A stretch of 64,000 nt of DNA from Spirochaetia bacterium. GTDB taxonomy: Bacteria; Spirochaetota; Spirochaetia; SZUA-6; Bin103. The notes under the pieces are model-generated. The model was not told the DNA's origin. It did not search any database and worked only from the letters and a program-made list of their open reading frames with translations. Location of the stretch: the NCBI GenBank assembly GCA_965243545.1, contig OZ251573.1:596217-660216 (forward strand), written 5' to 3'. Made by a program: the position numbers and the translations under genes. Every line of letters starts with the position of its first letter. Position 1 is the first letter of the stretch. Positions 28,679 to 39,370 of the stretch are shown in pieces.

Positions 28679-30880
28679 CTACCAGCGCACGCCGCGCAGC
28701 TCCAGCTCCTCGGCGCGCAGGCAGGCGACGGTGTGGTCACCGCCGTCTTCGAGCGGCTGCAGCTCCGGCGCCTCGGTCTTGCACCGCTCCTCCGCATAGG
28801 GGCAGCGAGTGTGGAACGGGCAGCCGGCCGGCGCGTCGGCGGGGTCCGGCACGTCGCCCTCCAGGATGATGCGGTCCATCTTGGCACGCGGGTTGGGCAC
28901 CGGCGCGGCCGACAGCAGCGCCTCCGTATACGGGTGCAGCGGTTCGCGGAAGATCGCCTCCGTGGTGCCCATCTCCACGATGCGGCCCAGGTACATCACC
29001 CCGCAGCGGTCGCTGAAGTGGCGGACGATGCCGAGCTCGTGGGTGATGAAGAGATAGGAGAGGCCGTGCTCGTCCTGCAGCTGCTGCATGAGGTTGAGGA
29101 TCTGCGCCTTGACCGAAACGTCGAGCGCCGAGGTCGGTTCGTCGGCCAGCAGCAGGCGCGGGTTCATGGCCAGCGCGCGCGCCAGCCCGATGCGCTGCCG
29201 CTGCCCGCCGGAAAAGGCGTGCGGGTAGCGGCCCATGTGCCGGGCGTCGAGCCCCACGTCCTCCAGCAGCTCCCCGACCCGCTCGCGGAGCGCATCGCCG
29301 TCGGCCACGCCGAAGTTGCGCAACGGCTCGCCGACGATGTCGACGACCGTAAAGCGGGGATTGAGCGACTGGAACGGGTCCTGAAACAGCATCCGCACCT
29401 GCTGGCGCAGCAGGTTGAGCTGGTCCCGGTCGACGTCTGTGACGTCGAGGACGGCGCCGTCGCGCGCGCGGAAGCGGACGGCGCCGCCGGTGGGATCGAC
29501 CGCGCGCACGATGCTGCGCGCCGTGGTCGACTTGCCGCAGCCGCTTTCGCCGACCAGGCTCACCGTTTCGCGTTCGCTGATCTCGAAGCTGATGCCGTCA
29601 ACGGCCTTGATCCAGCCGGTATGCCGGCGGAAGAACCCCTTGCGGATCGGGAACCAGGTGCGCAGGTCGTCGATGGAGAGCACCGGCGCGCGGCCGGCGG
29701 CGCGCGGCCGCGGCGCGGTCCGCCCGCCGGCAGACCCGTCTGCGCCGTCACCCTCCTGCGCGGCGCCGGCCGTTGGCCGGCCGGCCGGTTGCCCGGCGGC
29801 GCGCCGGTGGCGGCCGACCGATCCGCCGGAGGCGGCCGGCTCGTCCACCACGCCGCTGTCCGGCTCCGCTCCGAGCTCGATCTCTTCCGAGTGGAGGAAG
29901 CAGCGGACGACGTGGTCGGTCTCCAGCTCCACCAGCGCCGGAACGTTGCGGTCGCACACCCCTTCGATGAAGTGGTCGCACCGGTTACGGAAGGCGCAGC
30001 CGGTGGGGCGTGAGTACGGATCGGGGACCGTGCCGCGGATGCTGGCCAGCGCGCCGCGTTCGTGCTCGGCGCTCGGCAGCGATCCGATCAGCGCCTGCGT
30101 ATACGGATGCTTGGGATTCTCGAACAGCCGCGTGACGGAGGTGCGCTCGACCACGCGGCCCAGGTACATGACCACCACCTCTTCGGCGATCTCGGCTATC
30201 ACCGCCAGGTCGTGGGTGATGAACAGCACCGACATGTCGAAGCGCTGCTGTATGTCGCGCATCAGCGCCAGCACCTGCGCCTGGATGGTGACGTCGATGG
30301 CGGTGGTCGGCTCGTCGGCGATCAGCAGGCGGGGATGGTTGATGAGCGCCATGGCGATCATCACCCGCTGCCGCATGCCGCCGGAGAAGTTGAAGATGTA
30401 GGAGTCGAGGCGGGTTTCGGCGCGCGGGATACCGACGTCGCCGAGCATCTTGACGGCGATGTCGTTGGCCTGCTCCTTGGACAGCTCCGGGTGATGGACC
30501 TGCACCGCCTCGCGCAGCTGGTTGCCCACCGTGTGCAGCAGGCTGAGCGCCGCCATCGGTTCCTGGTGGATGTAGGCGATGGCGTTGCCGCGGATCTGCC
30601 GCAGCCGCTCCGCCTTGGGAAGGTAATCGGTGAGTACTTCCGGCGCGGCGCCGTTCGCGCCGTGCAGGATCACCTGCCCGCCCTCGATTTCGCCCGGCCA
30701 CGTCTGAATCTGCAGGATCGACTGCGCCAGCACACTCTTGCCGCAACCGCTCTCCCCGACCAGGCCGACCGTCTTGCCCTTGTCGATCGACAGGGAGACC
30801 CCGTCCACGGCGCGGACCACGCCGGCCTTGGTGCGGAACCACGTGCGGAGGTCCTTGATTTCGAGGAGGGCTTCGGCCAC
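28679..30880 (-). CDS. Fused tandem ABC ATP-binding protein (DppD/DppF-like oligopeptide-type, two NBDs)
   Basis: Two sets of Walker A (GESGCGKS), signature ([16 protein letters not shown]) and Walker B motifs. No permease or SBP is adjacent. Confidence 0.8.
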   Translation of the reverse strand: MAEALLEIKDLRTWFRTKAGVVRAVDGVSLSIDKGKTVGLVGESGCGKSVLAQSILQIQTWPGEIEGGQVILHGANGAAPEVLTDYLPKAERLRQIRGNAIAYIHQEPMAALSLLHTVGNQLREAVQVHHPELSKEQANDIAVKMLGDVGIPRAETRLDSYIFNFSGGMRQRVMIAMALINHPRLLIADEPTTAIDVTIQAQVLALMRDIQQRFDMSVLFITHDLAVIAEIAEEVVVMYLGRVVERTSVTRLFENPKHPYTQALIGSLPSAEHERGALASIRGTVPDPYSRPTGCAFRNRCDHFIEGVCDRNVPALVELETDHVVRCFLHSEEIELGAEPDSGVVDEPAASGGSVGRHRRAAGQPAGRPTAGAAQEGDGADGSAGGRTAPRPRAAGRAPVLSIDDLRTWFPIRKGFFRRHTGWIKAVDGISFEISERETVSLVGESGCGKSTTARSIVRAVDPTGGAVRFRARDGAVLDVTDVDRDQLNLLRQQVRMLFQDPFQSLNPRFTVVDIVGEPLRNFGVADGDALRERVGELLEDVGLDARHMGRYPHAFSGGQRQRIGLARALAMNPRLLLADEPTSALDVSVKAQILNLMQQLQDEHGLSYLFITHELGIVRHFSDRCGVMYLGRIVEMGTTEAIFREPLHPYTEALLSAAPVPNPRAKMDRIILEGDVPDPADAPAGCPFHTRCPYAEERCKTEAPELQPLEDGGDHTVACLRAEELELRGVRW

Positions 30881-30898
30881 CGGCGGTACTCCCGCCGT

Positions 30899-31450
30899 TT
30901 ACCAGACGCGGCGCAGGTCTACGGTCACGTCGATCGTCCCGGCCCGGAAGCGGATCGAGTCGGTGTACAGATCCGATTCGCCGTACCGGTCACCGGCGAG
31001 CAGAAAGCGCTCGATGGTGTGGCGTTCCGGATTCACCAGCCAGTACTCCGGCACCGAGAATCGCTCGTAGAGCTTCCGCTTGATCTCGCGGTCCTTCTTC
31101 GCGCTCGACGGGGAGATGATCTCGATCACCAGATCGGGCGGCCCCAGCACGCGCGACGGAGAGATCATCTGCGTGCGCTCCGCCCGGATCACGAAGATGT
31201 CCGGCACCACGACGTCGTGGTCGGAGAACTGCACGTCGGTCGGCGCGTTGAAGACGACGCCGGAACCGGTCAGCTCGATCGCCTCGTAGAGCAGAAACTG
31301 CAGGCGCCGCGAGACCGTCTGATGGTACGTGCTCGGAGACGGTGACATGTAGTGCTCTCCATCGATGATCTCGTGGATGTTGTTGTCGTCCGGGAGCAGC
31401 AGGTAGTCGTCGTACGTGAGCTTGACCGGCGACCGGGTAAGGACGGCCAT
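30899..31450 (-). CDS. Uma2 (DUF820) family PD-(D/E)XK endonuclease
   Basis: LTYDDYLLLPDD..EIIDGE..PDLVIEIISPS..EYWLVNP. Confidence 0.75.
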   Translation of the reverse strand: MAVLTRSPVKLTYDDYLLLPDDNNIHEIIDGEHYMSPSPSTYHQTVSRRLQFLLYEAIELTGSGVVFNAPTDVQFSDHDVVVPDIFVIRAERTQMISPSRVLGPPDLVIEIISPSSAKKDREIKRKLYERFSVPEYWLVNPERHTIERFLLAGDRYGESDLYTDSIRFRAGTIDVTVDLRRVW

Positions 31451-31484
31451 CACCGTTCGATCGTAGGCGAGTGCGGCGCGACCG

Positions 31485-32012
31485 TCAAGCCGCCGGCCGC
31501 CGATCCGCCGGTGTCCGTGGCGAGCGCCCACGGAGGTGACGGCCGAGCAGGAACGAGGCGGCGGCCGCCGCCATCAGCGCCGGCACGGTGATGAGCGCCG
31601 GCGCCAGCCGGCCCGGCTCGACCTGCAGGGCGACCAGCAGCGCGAAGACCGCCTGCACCACGCTGCCGCCACCGAGCGCCGCGCCGAACGCCATGGCCGC
31701 CCGGGAGTAGACGGTGCCAGACCGGTGCGACCACACGTACCGGAACGAGACCCACACGGCGTAAGCCCAACCGCCGGCCAGGGCGATCATGATGAGCGAA
31801 CCGGCCGCCGACCGGCGGGTCGCCCCGCGCGTGGCCGCCCCGCCGGCGGCATCGCCCGCCGACGCGACCGCGGCGGACACGACCGGGCCGACCATGTCGA
31901 ACACCAGCACGCAGAAGTAGGTGACCGTCAGCGCGACCGCCGGCGCCAGGATGCGGCCGGCTATGCGCTCCGAGCGCGCCGCCGGCGCGGGCGGACGCGG
32001 AACCTCCTGCAC
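31485..32012 (-). CDS. Hypothetical integral membrane protein
   Basis: Four hydrophobic segments in the in-frame ORF; no motif recognised. Confidence 0.4.
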   Translation of the reverse strand: MQEVPRPPAPAARSERIAGRILAPAVALTVTYFCVLVFDMVGPVVSAAVASAGDAAGGAATRGATRRSAAGSLIMIALAGGWAYAVWVSFRYVWSHRSGTVYSRAAMAFGAALGGGSVVQAVFALLVALQVEPGRLAPALITVPALMAAAAASFLLGRHLRGRSPRTPADRRPAA

Positions 32013-32044
32013 CGCGGCAGTCTACGCCGCCGGCCGCAGCCCGG

Positions 32045-33823
32045 TCAGCGCTCCGCCACGCGCAGGCTGCGCAGGCGGTTGAGCGCCGCCGCGATCTCGA
32101 AACGGCGGGCGTACGCCCGGTCGCCGAACCCGGATTCGGCCAGCGCTTCTATCCCCCCGGCCCGCAGCTCGGCGTCGAGCGCCGCCAGGATCGCCGGCAG
32201 GTCGCGGCGCCCGTCGCACAGCCCGCGCGCGGCCCGCAGCAGCGCGTCGCCGATCAATCGGCACTGCGCCGGGTCGACGATCTGGTACTGCAAGCTCACG
32301 TCGATCTCTTCGCGGCCGAACTCGATCGTCCGCGTGCCGACCGCGCGGACCCGCTCCGGCCGGCGCCCCCGGCTGGCGTCCAGACCCGCAGGCAGCGGGA
32401 TGCGCGGCGGCGCAGGCGTCCAGTCGTCGGGCGCGCGCGGCTCCGCTTCGCCGAGCGGCAGGGAAGCCGCGACCTGACGCGCCTGGCCGGTGACGTCGTG
32501 AGGCTGATAGGCGTCCATGCGGATCACGTGATCGGCGACGTCGAGATAATCGCCGGCGCCGCCCACCACCAGCACCGACGACACCGATCGGGTGTCCCGG
32601 AGCTGCCGCACGCGGTCGATGTACGGGGTGATCGGCTCGCGGTCGCCGGGGACCAGCCGGCGCATCCGCGCGTCGCGGATCATGAAGTTGGTGGCGGCCG
32701 TATCCTCGTCGACCAGCAGGCCGGCCGCCCCGGCCTCCAGCGCCTCAACGATCGCCGCCGCCTGCGAGGTGCTGCCGGAGGCGTCGTCGCTGTCGAAGCG
32801 ATGCGTCGTCCGCCCCAGCGGCAGGCCGCGGATGAACGGCGTCAGGCAGACGCCGCGCACCGCGCGCCCGTCCTCGGCGCGGACCGCCACCAGCTCCTGC
32901 GCCGACACGCACCGCTCGCGCCCGTCGCCCGGCGCGTGGTCGTAGACGCCCAGGGCGAGCGCCTGCAACAGGGTCGACTTGCCGTGATAGCCGCCGCCCA
33001 CGATCAGGGTGACGCCGGCGCGGACTCCCAACCCCCGCAACGTTCCGGCGTGCGGCGCGCGCATCTCCACCGCCAGAGCGTCCGGGACGCGCAACGGCAG
33101 GGCGTCCGGCAGCGGACGCGGATCGACGCCGCTGCGGCGCGGCAGCACGCTGCCTTCGGCCAGGAACGCGATCAGCCCGCGCTCGGCGAGCTGCGAGCGG
33201 AGCGCCACCTGATCCTCCACCGCCTGCACGTGCAGGCGGAGCGCGCCGAGATCGAGCCGCTCGGCCACGCCGCGGATGACGGCGCGCAGCCCGCCGGCCA
33301 GCAGATCGGCCGCGGCCCGGCCCAGGATGCGGCGCCCGGCCGCCGGCAGCCCTGCGTACAGGCGGACCCGGACGCCGCCGTCCGCGTCGACCACCACGCC
33401 GGTTCGCTCAAGCACCTCCTGGCCGGCCGGGCTGATCTCCAGCAACCCGCTCTTGCCGCTCCCCGCTCCGCGCGCCAGCCGGGCAAGCGCCGGATGCAGC
33501 GCTCGTTGCAGGTAGTCGGCGGACGCCCGGCGCGCGTCCCGGCTGCCCCGCGCCCAGTCGGGCAGCCCCAGCACCGGCACGGGCAGGTCGACGCGCAGCC
33601 GGCTCGGCGCCGCGAACGGGTCGCCCTGCACGTGATCGAAGCGGAGCGCGCAGCTGCCCAACGGATAGCGCCGGCCGCGCAGATCCCGGTAGTGGCCGTA
33701 CGGGCAGCCGTCGATGCGGATCAGGTCCCGCGTCAGCGCATCGCCATCGGTGTCCGCAGCTCGGCCGGACCCCCGGCTCCGGCCGGCCCACGGGGGCCGC
33801 CGCCCCGTGTCAGGCGCCGCCAT
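32045..33823 (-). CDS. ABC_ATPase (pfam09818-type) predicted ATPase
   Basis: Walker A GGGYHGKSTLL with a long conserved N-terminal region. Exact start uncertain because it overlaps the Ldh_2 end. Confidence 0.55.
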   Translation of the reverse strand: MAAPDTGRRPPWAGRSRGSGRAADTDGDALTRDLIRIDGCPYGHYRDLRGRRYPLGSCALRFDHVQGDPFAAPSRLRVDLPVPVLGLPDWARGSRDARRASADYLQRALHPALARLARGAGSGKSGLLEISPAGQEVLERTGVVVDADGGVRVRLYAGLPAAGRRILGRAAADLLAGGLRAVIRGVAERLDLGALRLHVQAVEDQVALRSQLAERGLIAFLAEGSVLPRRSGVDPRPLPDALPLRVPDALAVEMRAPHAGTLRGLGVRAGVTLIVGGGYHGKSTLLQALALGVYDHAPGDGRERCVSAQELVAVRAEDGRAVRGVCLTPFIRGLPLGRTTHRFDSDDASGSTSQAAAIVEALEAGAAGLLVDEDTAATNFMIRDARMRRLVPGDREPITPYIDRVRQLRDTRSVSSVLVVGGAGDYLDVADHVIRMDAYQPHDVTGQARQVAASLPLGEAEPRAPDDWTPAPPRIPLPAGLDASRGRRPERVRAVGTRTIEFGREEIDVSLQYQIVDPAQCRLIGDALLRAARGLCDGRRDLPAILAALDAELRAGGIEALAESGFGDRAYARRFEIAAALNRLRSLRVAER

Positions 33824-34958
33824 TCCGGGCGCTGCCATCATCCCCGGCGCCGCCGCTCGTGGCGTCGCCACTCGCGGCGCCGGCCAGCAGCGCCTCTACC
33901 TCCGCGGCAAGCCCGACCATCGCTCCCAGGTCGCGCAGTCCGGCGACGGTGGCGCCCCGTAGCGGCACGCCGTTGCGGAGCGCGTCGCGCTCCTTCTCGT
34001 GCTCGATGTCGCCCGGCAGATAGATGCGGTCCACGCCGGGCGCGCGCCGCGCGCCGCGCACCTGCCGGGCCAACCGCGCCATGCGCGCCTTGAACTCGGC
34101 CAGCGGCAGCAGGGGCTCGATGTCGACGGCGATGAAACTGTGCGCCTGGTCGCTGCGTCCGGCCGGGTCGGTCCCCCAATCGCGCATCTCCGCCATGATC
34201 GCGGCGCCGCCCAGCACGCCGGTCAGGCACTCGATCAGCAGCGCCAGCCCGGAGCCCTTGTAGCCGCCGAACGGCACCAGCGATCCGCCCTGCTTCATCG
34301 CGCCCGGATCGTTTGTCGGCGCGCCGCCGGCGTCGAGCGCCCAGCCTTCCGGGATCGATCGGCCTTCGCGCGCCGCGATCGCCAGCTTGGTGCCGGCCAC
34401 CGCGCTCATGGCCAGGTCGAGGTAGACCGCCTGATCGCCCGGTCCCGGCACGGCGCACGCCAGCGGGTTGTTGCCGACCGTGCGGCCGGCCCCGCCGGCG
34501 ACCGCCATGGTCGGATCGGCGTTGGTCATGGCCACGCCGGCCATGCCGGCGTCGGCGGCCATCTTGGCGTAATAGCCGGCGGCGGCGAAGTTGTTGCCGT
34601 CCCGCGCCACCACGAACGCCACGCCGTACCGGCGCGCCCGCTCGATCGCCAGTTCCATGGCGCGGTGGGCGATCAGCGGACCGAGCCCCGCGTCGCCGTT
34701 GAGCACCAGCGTCGCGCCGACGTCGCGTTCGATGGCGATGCGCGGCGCGGCGTTCATGCCGCCCGCCCGGACGTGCCGTATGTACGGCGCCAGCAGGGCG
34801 ACGCCGTGGCTGATGCCGCGCATCTCGTTCGCGGTCATAACCCGCGCCACGATCGCGGCGTCCCGGTCCGGCGCGCCCGCGGCCTGCAACGCGCGGGCGC
34901 TCAGGTCCCGCAGGGCGTCCGCCCGCACGCGCGGCGCGCCGCCGTTGCCGCCGCTCAT
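33810..34958 (-). CDS. Ldh_2 family (malate/L-sulfolactate/ureidoglycolate dehydrogenase-like) oxidoreductase
   Basis: TNPLACAVP, SLVPFGGYKGSGLALLIE. Start MSGGNGG. Confidence 0.75.
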   Translation of the reverse strand: MSGGNGGAPRVRADALRDLSARALQAAGAPDRDAAIVARVMTANEMRGISHGVALLAPYIRHVRAGGMNAAPRIAIERDVGATLVLNGDAGLGPLIAHRAMELAIERARRYGVAFVVARDGNNFAAAGYYAKMAADAGMAGVAMTNADPTMAVAGGAGRTVGNNPLACAVPGPGDQAVYLDLAMSAVAGTKLAIAAREGRSIPEGWALDAGGAPTNDPGAMKQGGSLVPFGGYKGSGLALLIECLTGVLGGAAIMAEMRDWGTDPAGRSDQAHSFIAVDIEPLLPLAEFKARMARLARQVRGARRAPGVDRIYLPGDIEHEKERDALRNGVPLRGATVAGLRDLGAMVGLAAEVEALLAGAASGDATSGGAGDDGSARNGGA

Positions 34959-37900
34959 CGCTCTGCCGGCCGGGCGAGGTACGCCAGCAGCGACGGGACG
35001 TAGCGGGTCTGGCTGGCCCAGTCCTTGCCGAAGCCGGCGTGGTCGGCGTCCCGGGAAGCGGCCGGCAGGTCGTCCAGGTCGCGCAGGCCGCGCTCCACGA
35101 TCCGCCGCAACTCGGCGTCGCCGGTCAGGGCGTGCGCGTAGGCCAGACCCTCGATCACCTGCCGCGTGTAGACCGGCTGCGGGCCGCCGCCGCGGCGCAG
35201 GCACGGCGTGTAGCGGAAGTGGCCGCTCGCCGCGTCGTAGGTGCGGCGGAGCAACCAGCGCACCCCGCCGCGGATCGCCTCCGCCACCCGTTCGTCGCCG
35301 GTCAGCTCGTGATAGCGGCGCAGGCCGGACAGCAGCACGCCGACCATGAAGCCGGCTTCTCCCCGTTCGCGCGGCGGCTCGCACCCGCAGTGCCCGGACT
35401 TGAGCACGCGCTCCCAGCCGCCTCCGGGCTCCTGCCGCTCCAGCACGCGGGTGACGATCAACGATGCGGCGTTGAGATAGCGGGGCGATTCGCTCATGCG
35501 CGCCAGCGCGGTGAGGTGGATCAGGTGCCAGCCGCACTCGCGGCAGTTGGCGAAGTCGTAGTGCCGGATGCCGCCGCCGAAGTCCTTGAGGCCGGCGCCG
35601 AGCAGCCAGCCGGCGGTGCGGTCGAGCGAATCGCGCACGTTCCGGTCGCCGGTCAGCAGGTAGTGGAGCGCCGGCCCCTCCACCCAGGTGTGCGAAGGCA
35701 CGCTGCTCGAACCGCTCATCTTGCTGCGGAAGTAGGGCGGCAGGTAGCCGCCGGCGTGGCCGGGCATGTGCGTGTACTGCGCGCCGACCTGATCGGGGTT
35801 GGCCGACGAGTTGATGGTGTCGACGTCGGCCAAGTGCCGCGCCGCTTCGGCGCCCAGGCCAGCCCAGCGCGGATCGCCGCCGCGCAGGAACTCGCTGTAG
35901 TGCGCGAACGGCGGGTCGTACTCATTGTTGCCCCACGACCAGACGCTCTCTCCGTACCAGTCGCCAAAGTTGACCCAGCCGTACTGGCGGCGGATGTCGC
36001 GGTCGGCCATCCACTGCTCACAGCCGCCGTCCACGGCGCGCTCATAGCCGGCCAGCAGCCCGGTGTCCTTGGCGGCCAGCGGGCCGAGCACGCCGCAGCC
36101 GTTGAGCCAGTCGAGCGACGGACGCACCGCCGGCGGGTCCTCGAACCAGGCGAGCAGCGCGTCGTCGCGCGGGCCGAAGGCGAGCAGCAGCTCGCTGGTG
36201 AGCGCCATGCCCGCCTTGAGCAGATAGCCGTCTTCGCGCAGCCAGAAGTCGGTGCGGTGCCAGCTCTCTTCGTCGCCGGGGCGCGCGGCGCCGCTCGGCG
36301 CCGGCAGCAGCTCCACCGCCACTTCGCCGCCGGTGACCCGGACGGCGCGCGGCCACGTCTGCCAGAAGCGGCGCAACGCCGCGGTGACGGTCTGCGCCGG
36401 CGCCTTCCCCGGTTCGGCGGCGGCGCTCACCGTGACGTGGCCGGCGACGCGGCCGGCCGCCTCCCGCGCTCCGCCGCCGTCTTCGACGCGGTGCCCCTGA
36501 TCGTGGTCGTGGATCAGGCGCACGGCCCCGGCGGCGGGAACCGCCGCGCCGCCGGCCGGTCCGCCCGGCCAGTCGACGCGGCCCCAGCGCGCCCGATCGC
36601 CGGCGCGGCGGACCGTCAACGACGCGGAGCGGACGGTGAGCAACGTCGCCTGCTCGCCGTCGGCGCCGGCGATCGCCCCGCGCACGGTGGCGGCGTGCGC
36701 GGGAATGTCATCGGCGCTGCCGCCGGCCGCCGGCGGCAGATGCGGTGAGCTCACCTGCAGGCGGTGGACGATGCGCACCGCCTGCAGCCCGCGGTAGACG
36801 TGGACGCGGACGGTGCTCACCAGGTGCGCGGTCCCGTCCGCGTCCGGGTGCGCGTAGCGGTAACGGATCACGGCGCGCTGCCATCCCTGCTCCTCGAGAG
36901 CGAGGTCGTGCACCGGCCCCTGGCGGAGCTCCGCGCCGCTGCCCAAGGTGAGCGCCGCGCCGCTGCCGGCGCCGGCGGCGCGCCACGGTCCGGCGCCGTC
37001 ACGCGTCTCGATCACCGGCAGCGGCTCATCCGCGCCGGCGGTGACCCGCACGCGCAACGAGCCGCCGGTCACCGACACCGCGCCATCCTCCGCCGCGCAA
37101 CGCAGGCCGCCCGGGGCCGGCGAGTCGCCGCTCCCCCCGTCCGCGGCGGTCACCGGCGGTGCGCCGCCGCCGGGCGGCGGATCGTTCCCCGCCGGGCGGA
37201 GCGTCACCGCGCCGGCGAGCCGCGCGCCGGCCGCGGCGGCTTGCGGCGGGCAGCCGTCGATCAGCACCCAGCTGGCCGAGCCGTCGGGCCAGAAGCCGTG
37301 CGGCCGGCACTGCACCGGCGCGGACGCGCCGCCCACGTCCCAGCGGCCCTCGACCGCGCCGGTCAGGCGGCCGCGCGGAACCGGCGCGCCAAAGGTGACC
37401 GGCAGCCCGCGCAGCTCCGCGTTGGCAAGATTGCAGAGCTCCACCGGCACGGTGACCGGGCCGGTGGCTGCGGCGCCGCCCTCGGCCGTGGTTGCGCCGG
37501 CCTCCGTCCCGCTCTCCGCTGCCATAGCGCCCGCCGCTACGGTAGGGCCGGCCGCGGTGACCCCGGCGGTCGCCTGCAGCCCGCCGGCCTCGGTGGCGCG
37601 GACCTGCGCCCGGTAGCCGGCCGCCGGCGGCGCCGGCAACCCGGTCACGGCGATCGAGTGCAGGCTCAGCAACTCCGCCTCCGCCGCGGTAGCGACCGTC
37701 CGCCCGGTGTCGGCGCGGGTCACCGTCACCTCGCACCGCGCCGCCGGCCGCGTGATGGCGTCGACGGCGACCGCGAACGAGCCGCCGGCGTTTCGCCGCA
37801 GGCGTGCGGTGAGCCGGTCGATGCGCGGCCGGTAGCAGGTCGGCTCCGGCCGCTCCCGGAGCAGCGCCACGCGCTCCAGCCGGTACGACGCATCGCCGGC

Positions 37901-38335
37901 GCCGACGATGCGCAGCACCTCCATCTCCCCCATGAACTCGACGGCGCGGTCCAGGACGTACAAGTGGCGCCGGTTGTCGTGCCGGAACGGCGTCATGCAG
38001 CCGACCGGATCGGCGCCCAGGGTCACCTCCAGCCGGCAGTCGAAGCCGTACTCGTCATACATCACCACGCCGACGAAGCGCCGGCCGGTATGGTCGTCGG
38101 CGCCGTCGATGGTGTCCCAGAAGCGGTGCCGCAGGACGGCCGGCAGGCCGGCGCGCGCGAAGCTGCGCGGCCGGTAGACGCTCCGGTAGGGATACGTCCC
38201 TGTCAGCCCGACGTCCGGCACCAGGCCGTCCAGGTTCTCGGCGGCGTCGGCCCGGAAGCTCACGGTTCCGGGCGCCGCGATCAGCGCGTCGATCCGCTCC
38301 GGCTCGGCTACGTCTATCGGCAGGGTTGGTTCCAT
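34955..38335 (-). CDS. Large (about 1126 aa) multidomain protein with a Cys/Trp-rich glycosidase/lyase-like C-terminal domain
   Basis: Real start taken as MEPTLPIDVAEPE. The upstream 490 aa of the 1615-aa ORF are antisense to the PmoA-family gene. Has an internal Ala/Gly/Thr linker and C-terminal WVNFGDWYGESVWSWGNNEYD..CRECGWH..GHCGCEPP. Confidence 0.55.
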   Translation of the reverse strand: MEPTLPIDVAEPERIDALIAAPGTVSFRADAAENLDGLVPDVGLTGTYPYRSVYRPRSFARAGLPAVLRHRFWDTIDGADDHTGRRFVGVVMYDEYGFDCRLEVTLGADPVGCMTPFRHDNRRHLYVLDRAVEFMGEMEVLRIVGAGDASYRLERVALLRERPEPTCYRPRIDRLTARLRRNAGGSFAVAVDAITRPAARCEVTVTRADTGRTVATAAEAELLSLHSIAVTGLPAPPAAGYRAQVRATEAGGLQATAGVTAAGPTVAAGAMAAESGTEAGATTAEGGAAATGPVTVPVELCNLANAELRGLPVTFGAPVPRGRLTGAVEGRWDVGGASAPVQCRPHGFWPDGSASWVLIDGCPPQAAAAGARLAGAVTLRPAGNDPPPGGGAPPVTAADGGSGDSPAPGGLRCAAEDGAVSVTGGSLRVRVTAGADEPLPVIETRDGAGPWRAAGAGSGAALTLGSGAELRQGPVHDLALEEQGWQRAVIRYRYAHPDADGTAHLVSTVRVHVYRGLQAVRIVHRLQVSSPHLPPAAGGSADDIPAHAATVRGAIAGADGEQATLLTVRSASLTVRRAGDRARWGRVDWPGGPAGGAAVPAAGAVRLIHDHDQGHRVEDGGGAREAAGRVAGHVTVSAAAEPGKAPAQTVTAALRRFWQTWPRAVRVTGGEVAVELLPAPSGAARPGDEESWHRTDFWLREDGYLLKAGMALTSELLLAFGPRDDALLAWFEDPPAVRPSLDWLNGCGVLGPLAAKDTGLLAGYERAVDGGCEQWMADRDIRRQYGWVNFGDWYGESVWSWGNNEYDPPFAHYSEFLRGGDPRWAGLGAEAARHLADVDTINSSANPDQVGAQYTHMPGHAGGYLPPYFRSKMSGSSSVPSHTWVEGPALHYLLTGDRNVRDSLDRTAGWLLGAGLKDFGGGIRHYDFANCRECGWHLIHLTALARMSESPRYLNAASLIVTRVLERQEPGGGWERVLKSGHCGCEPPRERGEAGFMVGVLLSGLRRYHELTGDERVAEAIRGGVRWLLRRTYDAASGHFRYTPCLRRGGGPQPVYTRQVIEGLAYAHALTGDAELRRIVERGLRDLDDLPAASRDADHAGFGKDWASQTRYVPSLLAYLARPAER

Positions 38336-38437
38336 GTCGCGCCCGCAGTCTACCGGAAACGCGCGGCGCGGCGGCGGCCGGCCGAAGCGTCCCGGGCGCG
38401 GTAGACGCGGCGGGCGACCTGCGCCACCGTAGGGGCC

Positions 38438-39367
38438 ATGGAATCCGCCAACGGCTTTGAGATTCGGCGCGCCGGCGCCTCCGATCAGATCGGCAACATG
38501 GTCGCGGAGACCGCCACCGGCCGCCTGCTCGGCGGCGTCGGCCACAACGACCTGCGTTCCTGGTGCTATCCGCTCAACACCCCGCGCGGACTCAACGTGG
38601 CGCAGGAGTACCCGTTCGATCACGCCTTTCACAACGGCGTGTTCGTGGCGCAGGCGTGCGTGGTGCGCGGCGGCGTGCTGTCCAACTTCTGGGTCGTGCA
38701 CCCCGACTGGCGCTCGCCCGACTCGCACGTCTACAACCACCTGGGGCAGATACGCCACGGGGAGCGCGCCGGCGTCACGCCGCTGCCGCGCGGCTACCGG
38801 TTCACCTACCGCGCCACCTGGACCGGCGCGGACGGCGGCCCGGTGCTCGACGAGGAGCGCCACTTCGACCTCTACGACGCCGGCGGCGCGACCGTCTGCG
38901 ACCTCACCTCCCGCAAGACCGCCGCCTACGGCGACCTGCTCTTCCGGGCCAACAAGCACGGCTCCCTGGGGGTGCGGGTACAGCCGCAGCTTCTGCCGCC
39001 GTTCGGAGGGGCGATGATCGCCGGCGCCGGCCGGGAGCTCCACCGCGGCGGCGCCGAGGTCGCGTTCGGCAAGGAGCGGGACTTCGTGGCGTACGAGGCG
39101 GCGCCGGCCGGCCTGCACCGCTTCGGCGTATGCCTGCTGGTCCTGGCCAACAGCGCCGGCGTGGGCGACAGCGCCGCCGGGCGCGGCGCCGGACCGTGGT
39201 TCGTCCGCGACTACGGGATGGCGATGTTCAACGCCACCATGACCGACGACGTGACGGTCGCCGCCGGGGAGACCTGGGAGGCGGCGTTGCGCGTCGTGGC
39301 GTATGACGGGGCGGTCTCCGTCGACCGCGCCGGCGCCTGGGCGGCGGCCCCGCGCGCGGCGGCGTGA
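38438..39367 (+). CDS. PmoA-family (DUF6807) protein
   Basis: YPLNTPRG..EYPFDHAFHNGVFVAQ..NFW matches the PmoA-family core. Confidence 0.55.
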   Translation: MESANGFEIRRAGASDQIGNMVAETATGRLLGGVGHNDLRSWCYPLNTPRGLNVAQEYPFDHAFHNGVFVAQACVVRGGVLSNFWVVHPDWRSPDSHVYNHLGQIRHGERAGVTPLPRGYRFTYRATWTGADGGPVLDEERHFDLYDAGGATVCDLTSRKTAAYGDLLFRANKHGSLGVRVQPQLLPPFGGAMIAGAGRELHRGGAEVAFGKERDFVAYEAAPAGLHRFGVCLLVLANSAGVGDSAAGRGAGPWFVRDYGMAMFNATMTDDVTVAAGETWEAALRVVAYDGAVSVDRAGAWAAAPRAAA

Positions 39368-39370
39368 CCG

